This document shows, piece after piece, positions 9,918 to 20,130 of a stretch of 64,000 bases of DNA. The notes beneath the pieces were generated by a model. It searched no databases. It was not told where the DNA came from and saw only the letters and a list, made by a program, of their open reading frames with translations. The first letter of the stretch is position 1, and each line of letters begins with the position of its first letter. This stretch comes from an uncultured bacterium (lineage in GTDB: Bacteria; Babelota; Babeliae; Babelales; Babelaceae). Made by a program: the position numbers and the translations under genes. The stretch spans positions 224,001 to 288,000 of the forward strand of contig CAWFXL010000001.1 in the NCBI GenBank assembly GCA_963819815.1. Direction: 5' to 3'.

Positions 9918-10451
9918 ATGAAGTTAGACGAGATGAATCCTCGTTATGAAGGTTTGTTGCGCTGTTTTACCCATCTACCGCGGCAAATATTAAGTCTCCA
10001 CGAACTGGATAATGCAACAGAATATGTCTTACATTCCTTATGTGATGAGGGATGTTTAAACCTTTTAAAGGCAGCCTATTTTGTTGATAATCCTGACTTT
10101 AATTGTCTTAAGGGGATTGCAGGCTTTAACAAGGAAGAAGAGATATATACCTGTGATAAGGTATTAAATGATCCTGCTCATTTTAAGAATCATATGGATG
10201 AATGTGCCTATAACCAAAAAATTCGCACCATAACCGTGCCAAGTGCTCGCAGAAACGGCGAATCATCAGAGCATCTCATTGCTCGCTTAGCCGATCTTCT
10301 TGATATGGAGAATCCTTCGGTTCATACCTGGAATATTAAGCATGATAACTTTGGGATGCTCATTTATGAACATCCTTCTAGTTCAGATAGAAGCTTCCAT
10401 CAGGAGCTCCTACATGGTCTTTCAATTCTTGGATTCTGTCCAATAAGCTAA
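9918..10451 (+). CDS. Hypothetical protein (possibly GAF-like)
   Basis: 177-aa ORF with AAGGGG RBS and upstream TTGATT-18-TACTAT; fold guess is weak. Confidence 0.7.
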   Translation: MKLDEMNPRYEGLLRCFTHLPRQILSLHELDNATEYVLHSLCDEGCLNLLKAAYFVDNPDFNCLKGIAGFNKEEEIYTCDKVLNDPAHFKNHMDECAYNQKIRTITVPSARRNGESSEHLIARLADLLDMENPSVHTWNIKHDNFGMLIYEHPSSSDRSFHQELLHGLSILGFCPIS

Positions 10452-10457
10452 CTATAC

Positions 10458-10491
10458 AGGGAATGCGCTGATATACTAAAGCGCATTCCCT
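10458..10491. terminator. Hairpin terminator between convergent genes
   Basis: AGGGAATGCGCT-10 nt-AGCGCATTCCCT perfect 12-bp stem. Confidence 0.7.
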
Positions 10492-10669
10492 TATTAGCTA
10501 ACGAGATGCGGTTTTAATCGAAGAACTGTTTGGCTCAGTATATCTTTCACTATTGAATCATGTTTCATAGTTTTATACGGAAGCCAATAATAAGAATTTT
10601 TCTTATGTGCAGCTTTTATATGAAAATTCCTCAGAATTAACTTTCAGCCTATGAAGCTATGCAACAAGG

Positions 10670-12793
10670 CTATTTCGAGCCGCCGTTATCATCATCATTT
10701 TCTGAAACTTTTCTTCTTTTGTTGCTTCGATCAGCTTCAGCTTCCTGTTGTGTATCTTCACCTGCTAGATTAACTGCACGGTGATAATCTTCCAAACTGC
10801 AGATATTTTTGTTGGCTTTATGAAGCTCAACAATTTTCAAAGCTACAACCTTGAGAGCTGCCATTCCTTCAAAGCTTGGATTCTTAAGAAGTGTTAGAAA
10901 GAGAGGCCGTGCCAGAGAATTCTGGTCGATTAACAATGTATTTGAGTAACCAGCAAGAAAATTGTCCACATAGTCATGTGCCCCCTTAATCTTACCTGCT
11001 TCGTTGTAGATGCGAACAACCTTCTCAAGGACTTTCGACATATATAGTGCATCGTTCAACTTAATAGCTGCTATATCAGCATTACCCATGAATATTCTCG
11101 ATGGAGCTAATGCAAGGGCCACATTATAGTTCAACATGGCTTTATTTCTTTTATCTCGGTCAGTTGCTGGATAGGCCGCCATGAGATGGTCACCCAATAC
11201 TTCATGCAGCTTTCCTCTTGGTTGCTCTGCAATGGTCATTCTGATACATCGTTTAAGCTCTTTAACAATGTCGATGTCTTGAGGCTTTTGATCGGGATGA
11301 TAGACATAATGTTGCATCAACATGCTAGAAAGCATCAAATCATTTTGAACGAATGCCTCATATTTGTTATTTCTGTCGAACTTGATAAGGTAATATTGAT
11401 TATCAAGTGGTTCTAGCCTGCGCGCATATTCGCGACGCACAAGCGCTAAGCATTCATTGTTAGTTATGAAAGCAATATCGTTGAGATAAGCTATGCGTAT
11501 AGCACATAATCTGGCGGCTCGCTTGAGATCTTCACTTACAGCAGTACGATGGGCAAAAAGGAACTCAGCGATTGCTTCTTGAAACTTACCTTGCCTCTGC
11601 AAGCCATGCCCTATTTGTATGGCGCATGCCGCTCTTACCTCAGCTGGTAATTGCATACAATTCTTAAAAAAGGTAAGCCATTGACCTGCCTTATTTACCT
11701 GATATTGGGCGATAAGAGGATCGGGGTTTGGCAGTGCTACATCTGGATTATTTAGTTTTGCAAAAAAGAGTGTAGCGGAAGCACGATCTTCTAACGGAAG
11801 TGCCTCGTCGGTGATACTTGCTTCGAAATATTTTCGCGCCTGTGCGAAGGTCCAATTACCATTAAGATTTGGAATAGACAATGCAAGATTTTCTGCCTCC
11901 TCAGAAGTGCTTGGCTCCTGAAGCAACGGTAGAGCTGGAAAGGCCAATGGGATTTCTTGAGCAGGCAGTATTGCCTTTAATTCTGCCAATACATTCTTCG
12001 AGCATGCAGTTTGTAAGTGTTTTGCCATACTATACTGTAACTTGCCCAGTTCAAACCTTGATCTGGCCATTCGTTTTTTAACGATTTTGACGTGCGGATC
12101 GGTAGGGAAATGTATATTATTGCGTAAAAACTGAGCATAACCTGGTTCACATCGCATGTTCTCCCAATGCTCGAGAAACAGACGTCTATACGATTCTCTA
12201 TTTTCCGGAGTATCTTCTAGATTAAATCCTTCATTGTCATGTAAATTTGCTTCCGCAGCGTTTTCCCAGTCACGATTGAACCGTTCTGATTCCTCTATTA
12301 CATCCCAAGCTTCTTGACCTTCAGGGCAGGTAATACCCCCCAAATAAAAGATCGTGTTTATCCCATTAAGGAGCACAGAATAGTGTATTGCTTCACCGAT
12401 ATTTGCGTCAGACCTCTGCAAAAGCAGCCGAATTTTTTTTACATACAAAGCTTTTATATGGCCTAGAAGTTGGTTCTGCAGATTCCCGAAATCTGAATAA
12501 CCAGAATAGGTCGGATTTGCGGCGATAAGAGAATTATATATTTCCACCGGGGCAGTGTCGAAAAAGCGTCCTTTGATAAAGGGTCTGAGCCCGTGGATAA
12601 GTTCATCCACAATGTCCTCACCTATAGTTGGTGCAGTTAATGCTCGTTTGACATGAACCGATAAATTATGTGCTCCTGCCAGGGCTGAAGCTTTGTCTAC
12701 TAGAGCAAAGTGTGCAGCATGTACCTCGATAGTGACCTGTAATGCGAGACCTAGAAGAAGGAGGGTAAGGAAGCTCGAGAAATGCTTGATCAT
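10670..12793 (-). CDS. Large exported alpha-helical (TPR-like) protein with C-terminal NLS-like tail
   Basis: Signal peptide ending EVHA; TPR-like segments (IGHGLQRQGKFQEAIAEF, LGDHL...AMLNYNVAL); ends NKRRKVSENDDDNGGSK. Confidence 0.75.
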   Translation of the reverse strand: MIKHFSSFLTLLLLGLALQVTIEVHAAHFALVDKASALAGAHNLSVHVKRALTAPTIGEDIVDELIHGLRPFIKGRFFDTAPVEIYNSLIAANPTYSGYSDFGNLQNQLLGHIKALYVKKIRLLLQRSDANIGEAIHYSVLLNGINTIFYLGGITCPEGQEAWDVIEESERFNRDWENAAEANLHDNEGFNLEDTPENRESYRRLFLEHWENMRCEPGYAQFLRNNIHFPTDPHVKIVKKRMARSRFELGKLQYSMAKHLQTACSKNVLAELKAILPAQEIPLAFPALPLLQEPSTSEEAENLALSIPNLNGNWTFAQARKYFEASITDEALPLEDRASATLFFAKLNNPDVALPNPDPLIAQYQVNKAGQWLTFFKNCMQLPAEVRAACAIQIGHGLQRQGKFQEAIAEFLFAHRTAVSEDLKRAARLCAIRIAYLNDIAFITNNECLALVRREYARRLEPLDNQYYLIKFDRNNKYEAFVQNDLMLSSMLMQHYVYHPDQKPQDIDIVKELKRCIRMTIAEQPRGKLHEVLGDHLMAAYPATDRDKRNKAMLNYNVALALAPSRIFMGNADIAAIKLNDALYMSKVLEKVVRIYNEAGKIKGAHDYVDNFLAGYSNTLLIDQNSLARPLFLTLLKNPSFEGMAALKVVALKIVELHKANKNICSLEDYHRAVNLAGEDTQQEAEADRSNKRRKVSENDDDNGGSK

Positions 12794-12968
12794 GGGATAT
12801 CCTTGGTATGTATATTGCTATGGTATGATGGTTAATTTTATTTCATAATTATATAATAAAATTTTATATTAGTCAAATTGGGGGTATGGGGCCCTCCTTG
12901 ATAATTCTCATAGAAAATGATATACTGGATAAAAATTAAAATAATGTATATAAAAAGGTTGAAAAAAT

Positions 12969-13679
12969 ATGAAAAAATTCATCTACCTAGTTATCACAAG
13001 TGGCTCTCTTATGAGTAGTGCCTATGGTATGCAACCGCCAGCCTTAGGCTCTTTTGACCATTCTGCAGCATTCGTTGCTCCAATCACGAAGTATGGAGTT
13101 GAAGAGCATATTATTCTGGGCCGTGAATTACATGGCGCTGATAAAGGACTCTATGACGCCTTTGGTGGAAAGCGAGATGCAGCTGATGGTAATCAGCCGG
13201 GAGCAACGGCTGCTCGAGAGCTTTTTGAAGAAGGAATTACTGCCAGAACCCTAGGAATGTCACTTTCTGAAGTTCGTGAGTACATTGCTCTGCGGACAGG
13301 TAACACACGAAATATTTTTGCCGTTCAAGGACGGAATGGATCACGGAATGTTCTGTATCTTACCAGATTTAGCAACAGTGCTATTCGAAGGTTTAAGAAT
13401 AGTTTTGGTAGAGCATTGAGAAGAGCCCCTCGAGGTGGTGGATTTCATGAGAAAGATAAAATTGCATCAGTTCGTCTTACCGATGTCCTGCAAGCCATAG
13501 CTGCTTCACCTTCTAACAGAGGTGTTCAGGTCATTGCACAGGTAACTGATCTTAAGGGTAATCGATCAACGCGACAAATAACACTTCGTCCCGTTCTTGT
13601 AAGTTTGCTTAGGGGCTACGCTGAAAATCGCACCTACGTGCAGGGTACACGGCCTCAGATAAGGTTTTATGGGCTCTAA
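12969..13679 (+). CDS. Nudix hydrolase-like protein with signal peptide
   Basis: FGGKRD...TAARELFEEG Nudix-box-like motif; MKKFIYLVITSGSLMSSAYG leader. Confidence 0.75.
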   Translation: MKKFIYLVITSGSLMSSAYGMQPPALGSFDHSAAFVAPITKYGVEEHIILGRELHGADKGLYDAFGGKRDAADGNQPGATAARELFEEGITARTLGMSLSEVREYIALRTGNTRNIFAVQGRNGSRNVLYLTRFSNSAIRRFKNSFGRALRRAPRGGGFHEKDKIASVRLTDVLQAIAASPSNRGVQVIAQVTDLKGNRSTRQITLRPVLVSLLRGYAENRTYVQGTRPQIRFYGL

Positions 13680-13782
13680 AGTTCCTGCATCTCATGATAA
13701 TCTCTATTGTAAACCAATCTTGACCCATAATGCGGCTGAATGCTCTATGGGTCTCATCTGAGTTCTCTACCAAGATAGATAG

Positions 13783-14484
13783 TTATTGAACTTCTTGTGT
13801 TGATGAGTTAGTCGCTTCTGTGGCGTCTTTTTTTGTGCCACGCATTTTTTCTCGAAGCCACTCATAGAGGGATTTTCCATTTTGTCCATCATGCATCCCA
13901 TCTAGTTTGGCCAACAAAGGTGGGAGGGCAAGACTTGTAGCAATACTGGCGACTACTTTTGCAGTACCTGGGTTTTGGCCTAAGAAACTTGAAGTTGCAT
14001 TAGCCAATCCGTAGGCAGTCAGAAGAAATACGCCCGATCCACTTGCATAGGTGCGAAGGTTCTTCTTTGAGAGTGGAAGAAGCCAATATTCATCTGAAGC
14101 ATAGTCAGGATCTTTCGCTTCGAAAGCCGTGAGTATGGCTGGAAAGAGGAGCTGAGTTCCCAATGTTGAACAGAGAGCGCTCCATGCAATATCTTTTTTG
14201 GCGTCCTGGGGTATTTTAAATAGATAGTTTGTAAGATAGTTTACCCCCAAGAGAGTTGTGAATACACCGAGGTTCACGAGCGCCATTTCTTTAATGCCTT
14301 TTTTCTTAGTCGTCTGTGGCTGCTCATCATCAGTAGTTTGTGTCTCTTTATTTGCCTGCTTTTCATTGGGGATGAAGGTACTTGGGGAAGCCTTCTTAGG
14401 CATGGCTTTTTTAGGGGCTTCGCTACCCATGAGTGCAGCTGATGATGCAAGTAATAGGGTAGTAATGAGATAGGTTTGTTTCAT
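13783..14484 (-). CDS. Exported/membrane hypothetical protein, tandem paralog 1 of 3
   Basis: Leader MKQTYLITTLLLASSAA; hydrophobic helices; GQNP..AKVVASIATSLALP..LAKLD shared with neighbours. Confidence 0.8.
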   Translation of the reverse strand: MKQTYLITTLLLASSAALMGSEAPKKAMPKKASPSTFIPNEKQANKETQTTDDEQPQTTKKKGIKEMALVNLGVFTTLLGVNYLTNYLFKIPQDAKKDIAWSALCSTLGTQLLFPAILTAFEAKDPDYASDEYWLLPLSKKNLRTYASGSGVFLLTAYGLANATSSFLGQNPGTAKVVASIATSLALPPLLAKLDGMHDGQNGKSLYEWLREKMRGTKKDATEATNSSTQEVQ

Positions 14485-14686
14485 GGTATTCCTCTATAGT
14501 GCAATTACTAGTACGTTATATATCTTATATTCACTCTACTAGATGATCTGCTTGAGGTAAACTGGGTACCCATGTATAAAAGATCCCGCTAGGTCTGTGA
14601 GACCTCGCTGGATACCTTCAATGCAGAGCCTCGCTACTCATTAGTAGTGAAAGTTCTTTCAAAAATTATATGAATTATGGATCATC

Positions 14687-15382
14687 TTAATTATTGTTGA
14701 GCCTATCAGATGCCTGAGTTGGTTCATTCATTGCCGACTTTTCAGCATCCTTTTTTTTCTTTGTCTGCTCAGCTTCAAAGTCATGTAAGACTGCTGCCAT
14801 TGCGTTATAAGGTAACACTTTACGAAGACCAAGCTCATCCGTTTTGGCTAAAAAGACTTGGATTGCAACACTTGCAGCAATACAACCTATTACTTTTTTA
14901 TTGCTAGGGTTTTCGCCAGGTATTACTACCGATAGAAGACCTGCTGCAAGGCCGCACAAAGCAACGCTGCTCAATTCACAGATATGGGTTCGTAGGTTCT
15001 TTGGAGAAAGTGAGAGCTGCTTATATTCATCTACACCATCATCTTGATGATCATTCACTTGAGAGATTGCTTTAAATCCTGGAAAGATGATCTGTGCCAG
15101 CAGGGTTGAGAATAGGGCACTTGAAGCAATATTGTGTTTAAAATCATGTGGTGTATTAGTTACTTTGTCTAAAAGATACCGCCCCCCCAATGCGCTGACA
15201 AACATATATACATTTTCTAAAGCCAATTCTGTAATGCCTTTTTTCCAAAAAGACTTGATCTTCTCCTCTTTGAGTTTCAAGGCATGGAGCAATGTGCCAG
15301 GAGTTTTTTTAGTAGTATCGTTACCCATGACCGCAGCTGATGATGCAAGCACTAGGGTAATAATGAGATAGCTTTTTTTCAT
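14687..15382 (-). CDS. Exported/membrane hypothetical protein, tandem paralog 2 of 3
   Basis: Leader MKKSYLIITLVLASSAA; LSLSPKNLRT and GENPSNKKVIGCIAAS. Confidence 0.8.
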   Translation of the reverse strand: MKKSYLIITLVLASSAAVMGNDTTKKTPGTLLHALKLKEEKIKSFWKKGITELALENVYMFVSALGGRYLLDKVTNTPHDFKHNIASSALFSTLLAQIIFPGFKAISQVNDHQDDGVDEYKQLSLSPKNLRTHICELSSVALCGLAAGLLSVVIPGENPSNKKVIGCIAASVAIQVFLAKTDELGLRKVLPYNAMAAVLHDFEAEQTKKKKDAEKSAMNEPTQASDRLNNN

Positions 15383-15578
15383 AACGTTCCTCTATAGTTC
15401 AATGAATGCTATTTTATGTTACTATTAACCCTACTAGATGATTTTTCGTAAGTAAAATGGTATCCAATTGGTATAAAGCTGCCCTAGTATGCTTAATGAA
15501 GTCTTGGGAGTGAATTTGCTAATGGAGAGGAGAGACTGCATTTGTTTGAGTCTTACCTTGTATAGATGCAGTAGCGTG

Positions 15579-16229
15579 TTATTGAACCTGTGGTGTAGGT
15601 GCAGTGTGAACTTCTGTACCATCTTTCTGTACAGCCATTCTATTCTTTTTTCTCTGTTCGAGCCATTCGTCTACCTTGACTAAGAGAGCTGGGAGCACGA
15701 GGCTTGCAGCAATACAGGCAGCAGTTTTACTATTGCTTGGATTATCGCCAACGATTTTCTGTGCTACATAGCCGATTCCAAACAGGGGGAAAGTGGAGAG
15801 CCCACAAATTGTGTATCCCTCATCAAACCTCATATTAAAGAGGGAATCGTCGGCCCTGTCTTTGCCAAGGACTAGAGATGTTACGAATCTGAAGCAACGC
15901 ATCCCCAAAACTGAAGCCAAGCAACTTGAAGCGAGCAGACTTTTATTGCTCATGGGTTCAGGGCGGGTCCTATGAAGTATGACCGCAACGGGGTCAGGAG
16001 TGCTCCTGCGAAAGTTCTCTCCAGCAAATCCTTGTATATAGCCAAAAACAAAGGGTATATTTTGCCAAAGTTCTTCCTTTACCTTTTGCATAAAAGATGG
16101 TACGACCTCTTGAGGAGTAGTACAACTAGGAGAGGTTGAATCTAGTACGGGGCTTTGAGGAGCATCGTTTCCTATGATTGCCCCTGATGATGCAAGAAAC
16201 AGGGTAGCGGTAAGATACTGTATTTTCAT
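15579..16229 (-). CDS. Exported/membrane hypothetical protein, tandem paralog 3 of 3
   Basis: Leader MKIQYLTATLFLASSGA; GDNPSNSKTAACIAASLVLP. Confidence 0.8.
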   Translation of the reverse strand: MKIQYLTATLFLASSGAIIGNDAPQSPVLDSTSPSCTTPQEVVPSFMQKVKEELWQNIPFVFGYIQGFAGENFRRSTPDPVAVILHRTRPEPMSNKSLLASSCLASVLGMRCFRFVTSLVLGKDRADDSLFNMRFDEGYTICGLSTFPLFGIGYVAQKIVGDNPSNSKTAACIAASLVLPALLVKVDEWLEQRKKNRMAVQKDGTEVHTAPTPQVQ

Positions 16230-16447
16230 AGGCTCCTTTTTTAGGTACTAGCATATCATTAACTTCTCATTACACTCTACCAGATGATGAAAATATGTAA
16301 AATGGCTTTCCTGTTATGAAGTATAGATCTGTATAGGCTATCTTATTCAATGTATTCATATTAAAATAATTTCTTTAAAAATTATTGCAACTTGTCAATG
16401 TAATGTGGTACGATGAAAGTGTATGAAAATAAAGAAAAGAGGTATGT

Positions 16448-16600
16448 ATGAACCCAAATAATATTAAACCCAAGAAGAAGCATCGTAGAACGGTCTTTTC
16501 GTCAAAAAAGATCCATATGACCCCAAAAGAGCATATGGATACTCAAAAGTTGACGAAGGGGAGCTTTGATGGGAAGCGTTGGGTTCCTTACGACAAATAA
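16448..16600 (+). CDS. Small basic 50-aa protein (below ORF-track cutoff)
   Basis: MNPNNIKPKKKHRRTVFSSKKIHMTPKEHMDTQKLTKGSFDGKRWVPYDK; RBS AGAGGT; promoter TTGCAA-18-TACGAT with extended -10 TG. Confidence 0.55.
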   Translation: MNPNNIKPKKKHRRTVFSSKKIHMTPKEHMDTQKLTKGSFDGKRWVPYDK

Positions 16601-17757
16601 CGGAGCCCGGGAAGGGTTCCTGAAAGAATATAGTGGAGTGTGGTTCCACCACCGGTTGAACAGAAGGTAAAGTGCTGTTCAAGGCCGAACAACTTAACTG
16701 CTGCAACTGATTCCCCCCCGCCAACAACACTTACGGTGTTCGATTGGACGATCGCTTGCAGCAGTTTCTTTAATGGCTCTAACGTATCTGGTCTTTCAAA
16801 AAAACCCATCGGTCCATTAAAAAATAGCGAAGCTGCCGTGGCAATCTCGCGAATGCTGTGCTCTAATGACTCAGGTCCTAGTGCGATACACATCTGACCA
16901 TCAGCAATCTTTGAGGTGACCGATAAAGGTCCCGATAGATCTTTCGATCCGACCATGAAGTCGGTAGGCATAAGGAGCTTTCCCCTGCTATGGGAGGACT
17001 TTGCAAGGATCTCCCGTGCAAGGGGTAGCAGGTGATCATCTACAAGAGAAGTTCCTACTGAAATACCTTGAGCTTTCATAAAGGTACAAGCAAGTGGTGG
17101 AAGTAGTAGTACCGTGTCTGCAAGGTCGAGCGCTTTATCTACTGCGGGAAGTTTTTCCTGTATCTTTGCTCCACCCATAATCATAATAAAAGGCCTTTTA
17201 GGAGGACGCAGTTGACTTAGGGCTTGTAGCTCTTGCTCAACAAGTAGACCGATAGTCTTATCTTCTTGTGAATAGAGTTCAGGTAACAGCGTAATTGAGG
17301 TATCTTCATTTTCAAGAGCGCCCCAGGCATCATTAACATAGTACTCACCAAGTTGGCGAAGCTCTTGAGCAAATACCGGACTTCTTTCTTTCTCTCCTTG
17401 AGAAAAGCGTAAGTTCTCAAGAAGAAGCAGTGTACCAGGTGTAAGCTGAGAGACTTCCTTTTGTGCATCACTCAACGTAGGTGTCCACGTTATTGAGTAC
17501 CCCTGTTCTTTGAACCAGCCAACCAGATATTTTGTGGAGAGCTGCTCTTCATAGCCTTTTGGACGTCCTCTATGAGTGCCGATAGAGATGCAGCTTTTTT
17601 TTTTGATAAGGAGATCAAGAGTTGGTCGTAGCTTTTCAAGACGAAACGTATCTATGATCGTAGTGCCCACACAGGGTACATTAAGATCAGCGCGGAGAAA
17701 TACTTTTCTGTTGGTAAGATCAACTTCAGTAAGTGCTGAATGAAGAACTGGGGTCAT
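16588..17757 (-). CDS. pgk: Phosphoglycerate kinase (divergent)
   Basis: RADLNVP, THRGRPKG, LLENLRF, GGAK, NGPMGFFE, STGGG; ATG overlaps the upstream stop (ATGA). Confidence 0.92.
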   Translation of the reverse strand: MTPVLHSALTEVDLTNRKVFLRADLNVPCVGTTIIDTFRLEKLRPTLDLLIKKKSCISIGTHRGRPKGYEEQLSTKYLVGWFKEQGYSITWTPTLSDAQKEVSQLTPGTLLLLENLRFSQGEKERSPVFAQELRQLGEYYVNDAWGALENEDTSITLLPELYSQEDKTIGLLVEQELQALSQLRPPKRPFIMIMGGAKIQEKLPAVDKALDLADTVLLLPPLACTFMKAQGISVGTSLVDDHLLPLAREILAKSSHSRGKLLMPTDFMVGSKDLSGPLSVTSKIADGQMCIALGPESLEHSIREIATAASLFFNGPMGFFERPDTLEPLKKLLQAIVQSNTVSVVGGGESVAAVKLFGLEQHFTFCSTGGGTTLHYILSGTLPGLRYLS

Positions 17758-18998
17758 ACGCCAAGCCCTTTTAATATGCGTAAGACGCGCATCGTTTGTA
17801 AAGAACTGTTTGGAAAGAGTCCTGCACACAGGCTCACAAAAAGAGCAAAGAGAGCTACCGCGGCGATTATGGTCATATCAAGAGTGGCTGGTACGTGGCT
17901 GACATAGTACACATCAGGAAGTTTAATCAGGGGATAGGTATTTAAGAGCCAGGTACAAAACGCTGCAAGTAGGATTCCACAGAAGGTGGCTGAGCAGGTA
18001 ATAAGTGTTGCTATCCATAGAAATACTTCTCTGATAGCTCTATCAGCCATGCCCATAGCTTTTAGAAGTGCAATGTCGACGATCTTATGCTTCGTATACA
18101 TATAAAGAAGAGCAATGATGGTGAGGCTCGCAACTAAGGTAACGAGCATTAAAATAATCCACATAGCATAACGCTCGAGTGTCAATGCAGAGATGAGAGG
18201 TGGGTAGAGGTCCTTCCAGGACAGCACCTCAAGAGAGAGCCTCTTCTGAAGTGATTGCTGTATCTCAATGAGACGTGATTCATCCTTGAGTGCCAATGCT
18301 ACTTGGGTAACCTGTTCAGGATAGAGCTGATTTACCAGTGCAAAGGATGCAACGATGACCTGCTCATCAAAGTCATGGATACCAGTTTTAAAGAGGGCGC
18401 CAATAGTTACCTGCTTGCGTTCAAGGGTAAACGTATCAGAAGATTGATCGGTATCGGCTTGAAATACGAGTGCAACCTGTGAACCAAGCTTTACACCAAG
18501 TCGTTGTGCTAGAGACTCTCCTATCGCTATTGAACTGTCCGTCAAACTGCCCCATGAAGAAGAGAGATTCTCTGTGATCATATCATGGAGGGTACTTACC
18601 TGCGCTTCGCTTGTCGGATCGATTGCCTTGAGTAAGCAAATTGAACTTTCGAGCGAGTTTGATTCCTGGCCCTTTGTGCTCGATGCTTGGATCATCACAT
18701 GATGAAGACTTGTAGGACTTGATGCGGCAATCGTATCATTATATTCGGTTTTAAGTACTTCACGAAGCTTTGCATACATAAGAGGTTTTCCTGAAGCATC
18801 GATGATCAGGTCAGAATGTACGCCCTTGAGCTTCTTATGGGTAGCTGCTTCAAATCCTTTCATGATAGCGGCCACTAAGGTTAGAGATCCTGTGCCCAGT
18901 ACGATGCTGATAAAGCAGATGCTGAGCATTGTGGAGATAGCATGCTCTTGCGAAGAACTTTTTAGAAATCGAAATGCAAGTAATAAAGGTAGGCGCAT
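17754..18998 (-). CDS. LolC/E-family (FtsX-like) lipoprotein-releasing ABC permease
   Basis: AFRFL...AIMKGFE, SWKDLY..L..AL.LER, DIALLKAMG, DVYYVSHVP. Confidence 0.9.
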   Translation of the reverse strand: MRLPLLLAFRFLKSSSQEHAISTMLSICFISIVLGTGSLTLVAAIMKGFEAATHKKLKGVHSDLIIDASGKPLMYAKLREVLKTEYNDTIAASSPTSLHHVMIQASSTKGQESNSLESSICLLKAIDPTSEAQVSTLHDMITENLSSSWGSLTDSSIAIGESLAQRLGVKLGSQVALVFQADTDQSSDTFTLERKQVTIGALFKTGIHDFDEQVIVASFALVNQLYPEQVTQVALALKDESRLIEIQQSLQKRLSLEVLSWKDLYPPLISALTLERYAMWIILMLVTLVASLTIIALLYMYTKHKIVDIALLKAMGMADRAIREVFLWIATLITCSATFCGILLAAFCTWLLNTYPLIKLPDVYYVSHVPATLDMTIIAAVALFALFVSLCAGLFPNSSLQTMRVLRILKGLGV

Positions 18999-19078
18999 AA
19001 ACTTTTCCTTAAGAGTATTGCAATTTGGGTATAGTATACGACAAACTACCTGATGTAGGAACTGTAGAAAGGAAAACT

Positions 19079-19558
19079 ATGCAGTATCGTATAGCTCTTG
19101 GTGCTGACCATCGTGGATTTGCATTAAAAGAGCTGCTCCGTCAAAAAACAGCCTTTGGCCAACATACGATCGTCTGGCTCGATGAAGGAACCTATTCTCC
19201 TGAGCGGACCGATTATCCGCTATTTGCTCATAAAGTTATTGAGCGTCTTTTGAATAACGAAGTAGACTTAGCAATTCTGACTTGTGGATCTGGTATAGGA
19301 GAAAGTATTGCAGCAAACCGGTTTGCCAAGGTCTATGCCGGCCTTGTATGGCAGCCTGAGGTAGCTCGTATGGCTAAAGAAGATGATAATGTGAACGTCC
19401 TTATTTTACCCGCCGACTATATCTCTTCAGACACTGCCATTGCCTGTATTGAGGCATGGCTCTCAGCTACATTCAAAGGGGGGCGCTATCAGGAGCGTCT
19501 TGCTATGATTGAGGCCTATCATGAACAAAAACATGAACAAAAAAAGAAGGAGCGTTAA
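19079..19558 (+). CDS. rpiB: Ribose-5-phosphate isomerase B
   Basis: IALGADHRG, DYP, CGSGIG.SIAANR, DDNVNVL, FKGGRY..R. Confidence 0.93.
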   Translation: MQYRIALGADHRGFALKELLRQKTAFGQHTIVWLDEGTYSPERTDYPLFAHKVIERLLNNEVDLAILTCGSGIGESIAANRFAKVYAGLVWQPEVARMAKEDDNVNVLILPADYISSDTAIACIEAWLSATFKGGRYQERLAMIEAYHEQKHEQKKKER

Positions 19559-19584
19559 GCTCCTCCTTAAAAGTTCTCTGAAAA

Positions 19585-20130
19585 TTATGCGCCTCGTACA
19601 AACCTTGGGTTTTCAGTGTTTACAACTGCCCTTGGGTTCTCATTGACGGACAATTCATTAACTGCTTCTGCAATTTTCTCTGCAGTTTCGATGGCCTTCT
19701 TAGACTTGGCATCTTCTTTATTGCTATCATTGTAGAGCTTATTGGCAGTATCTGAGAGTTTTGTGAGGGTGATGATAAATAATGGCCATGATTTCCATCC
19801 TTTACCTGTAGGGACATCGTAATACTCATCATAAGCAGCGAACATTGAAGCGACTACAGCTACCGCTGTTGTGGCAAGTGATACAGCATTAGAAGTGAGA
19901 ACCGCTGAACCGTTACCGCCTTGTTCACTTTTTCTTTTTTCAATCATCTGTTTGGCAAGCTGCGCGTAACTTTGCTGGACGTTTCTATTGACCGAATAGT
20001 CAGTATTATTGAGCGTTTTGAGTACATCAAGCTTTCCTTCTTCAATAGCATCCTTAATAAAGTCAGCTTTTGCTGACATTGAGCCGATAGAAAGGAGCGC
20101 AAGAGTTGCTGCACACAGTGTTTTCTTCAT
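19585..20130 (-). CDS. Exported/membrane hypothetical protein
   Basis: MKKTLCAATLALLSIGSMSAKA leader with AAGGA RBS; central hydrophobic segments. Confidence 0.75.
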   Translation of the reverse strand: MKKTLCAATLALLSIGSMSAKADFIKDAIEEGKLDVLKTLNNTDYSVNRNVQQSYAQLAKQMIEKRKSEQGGNGSAVLTSNAVSLATTAVAVVASMFAAYDEYYDVPTGKGWKSWPLFIITLTKLSDTANKLYNDSNKEDAKSKKAIETAEKIAEAVNELSVNENPRAVVNTENPRFVRGA

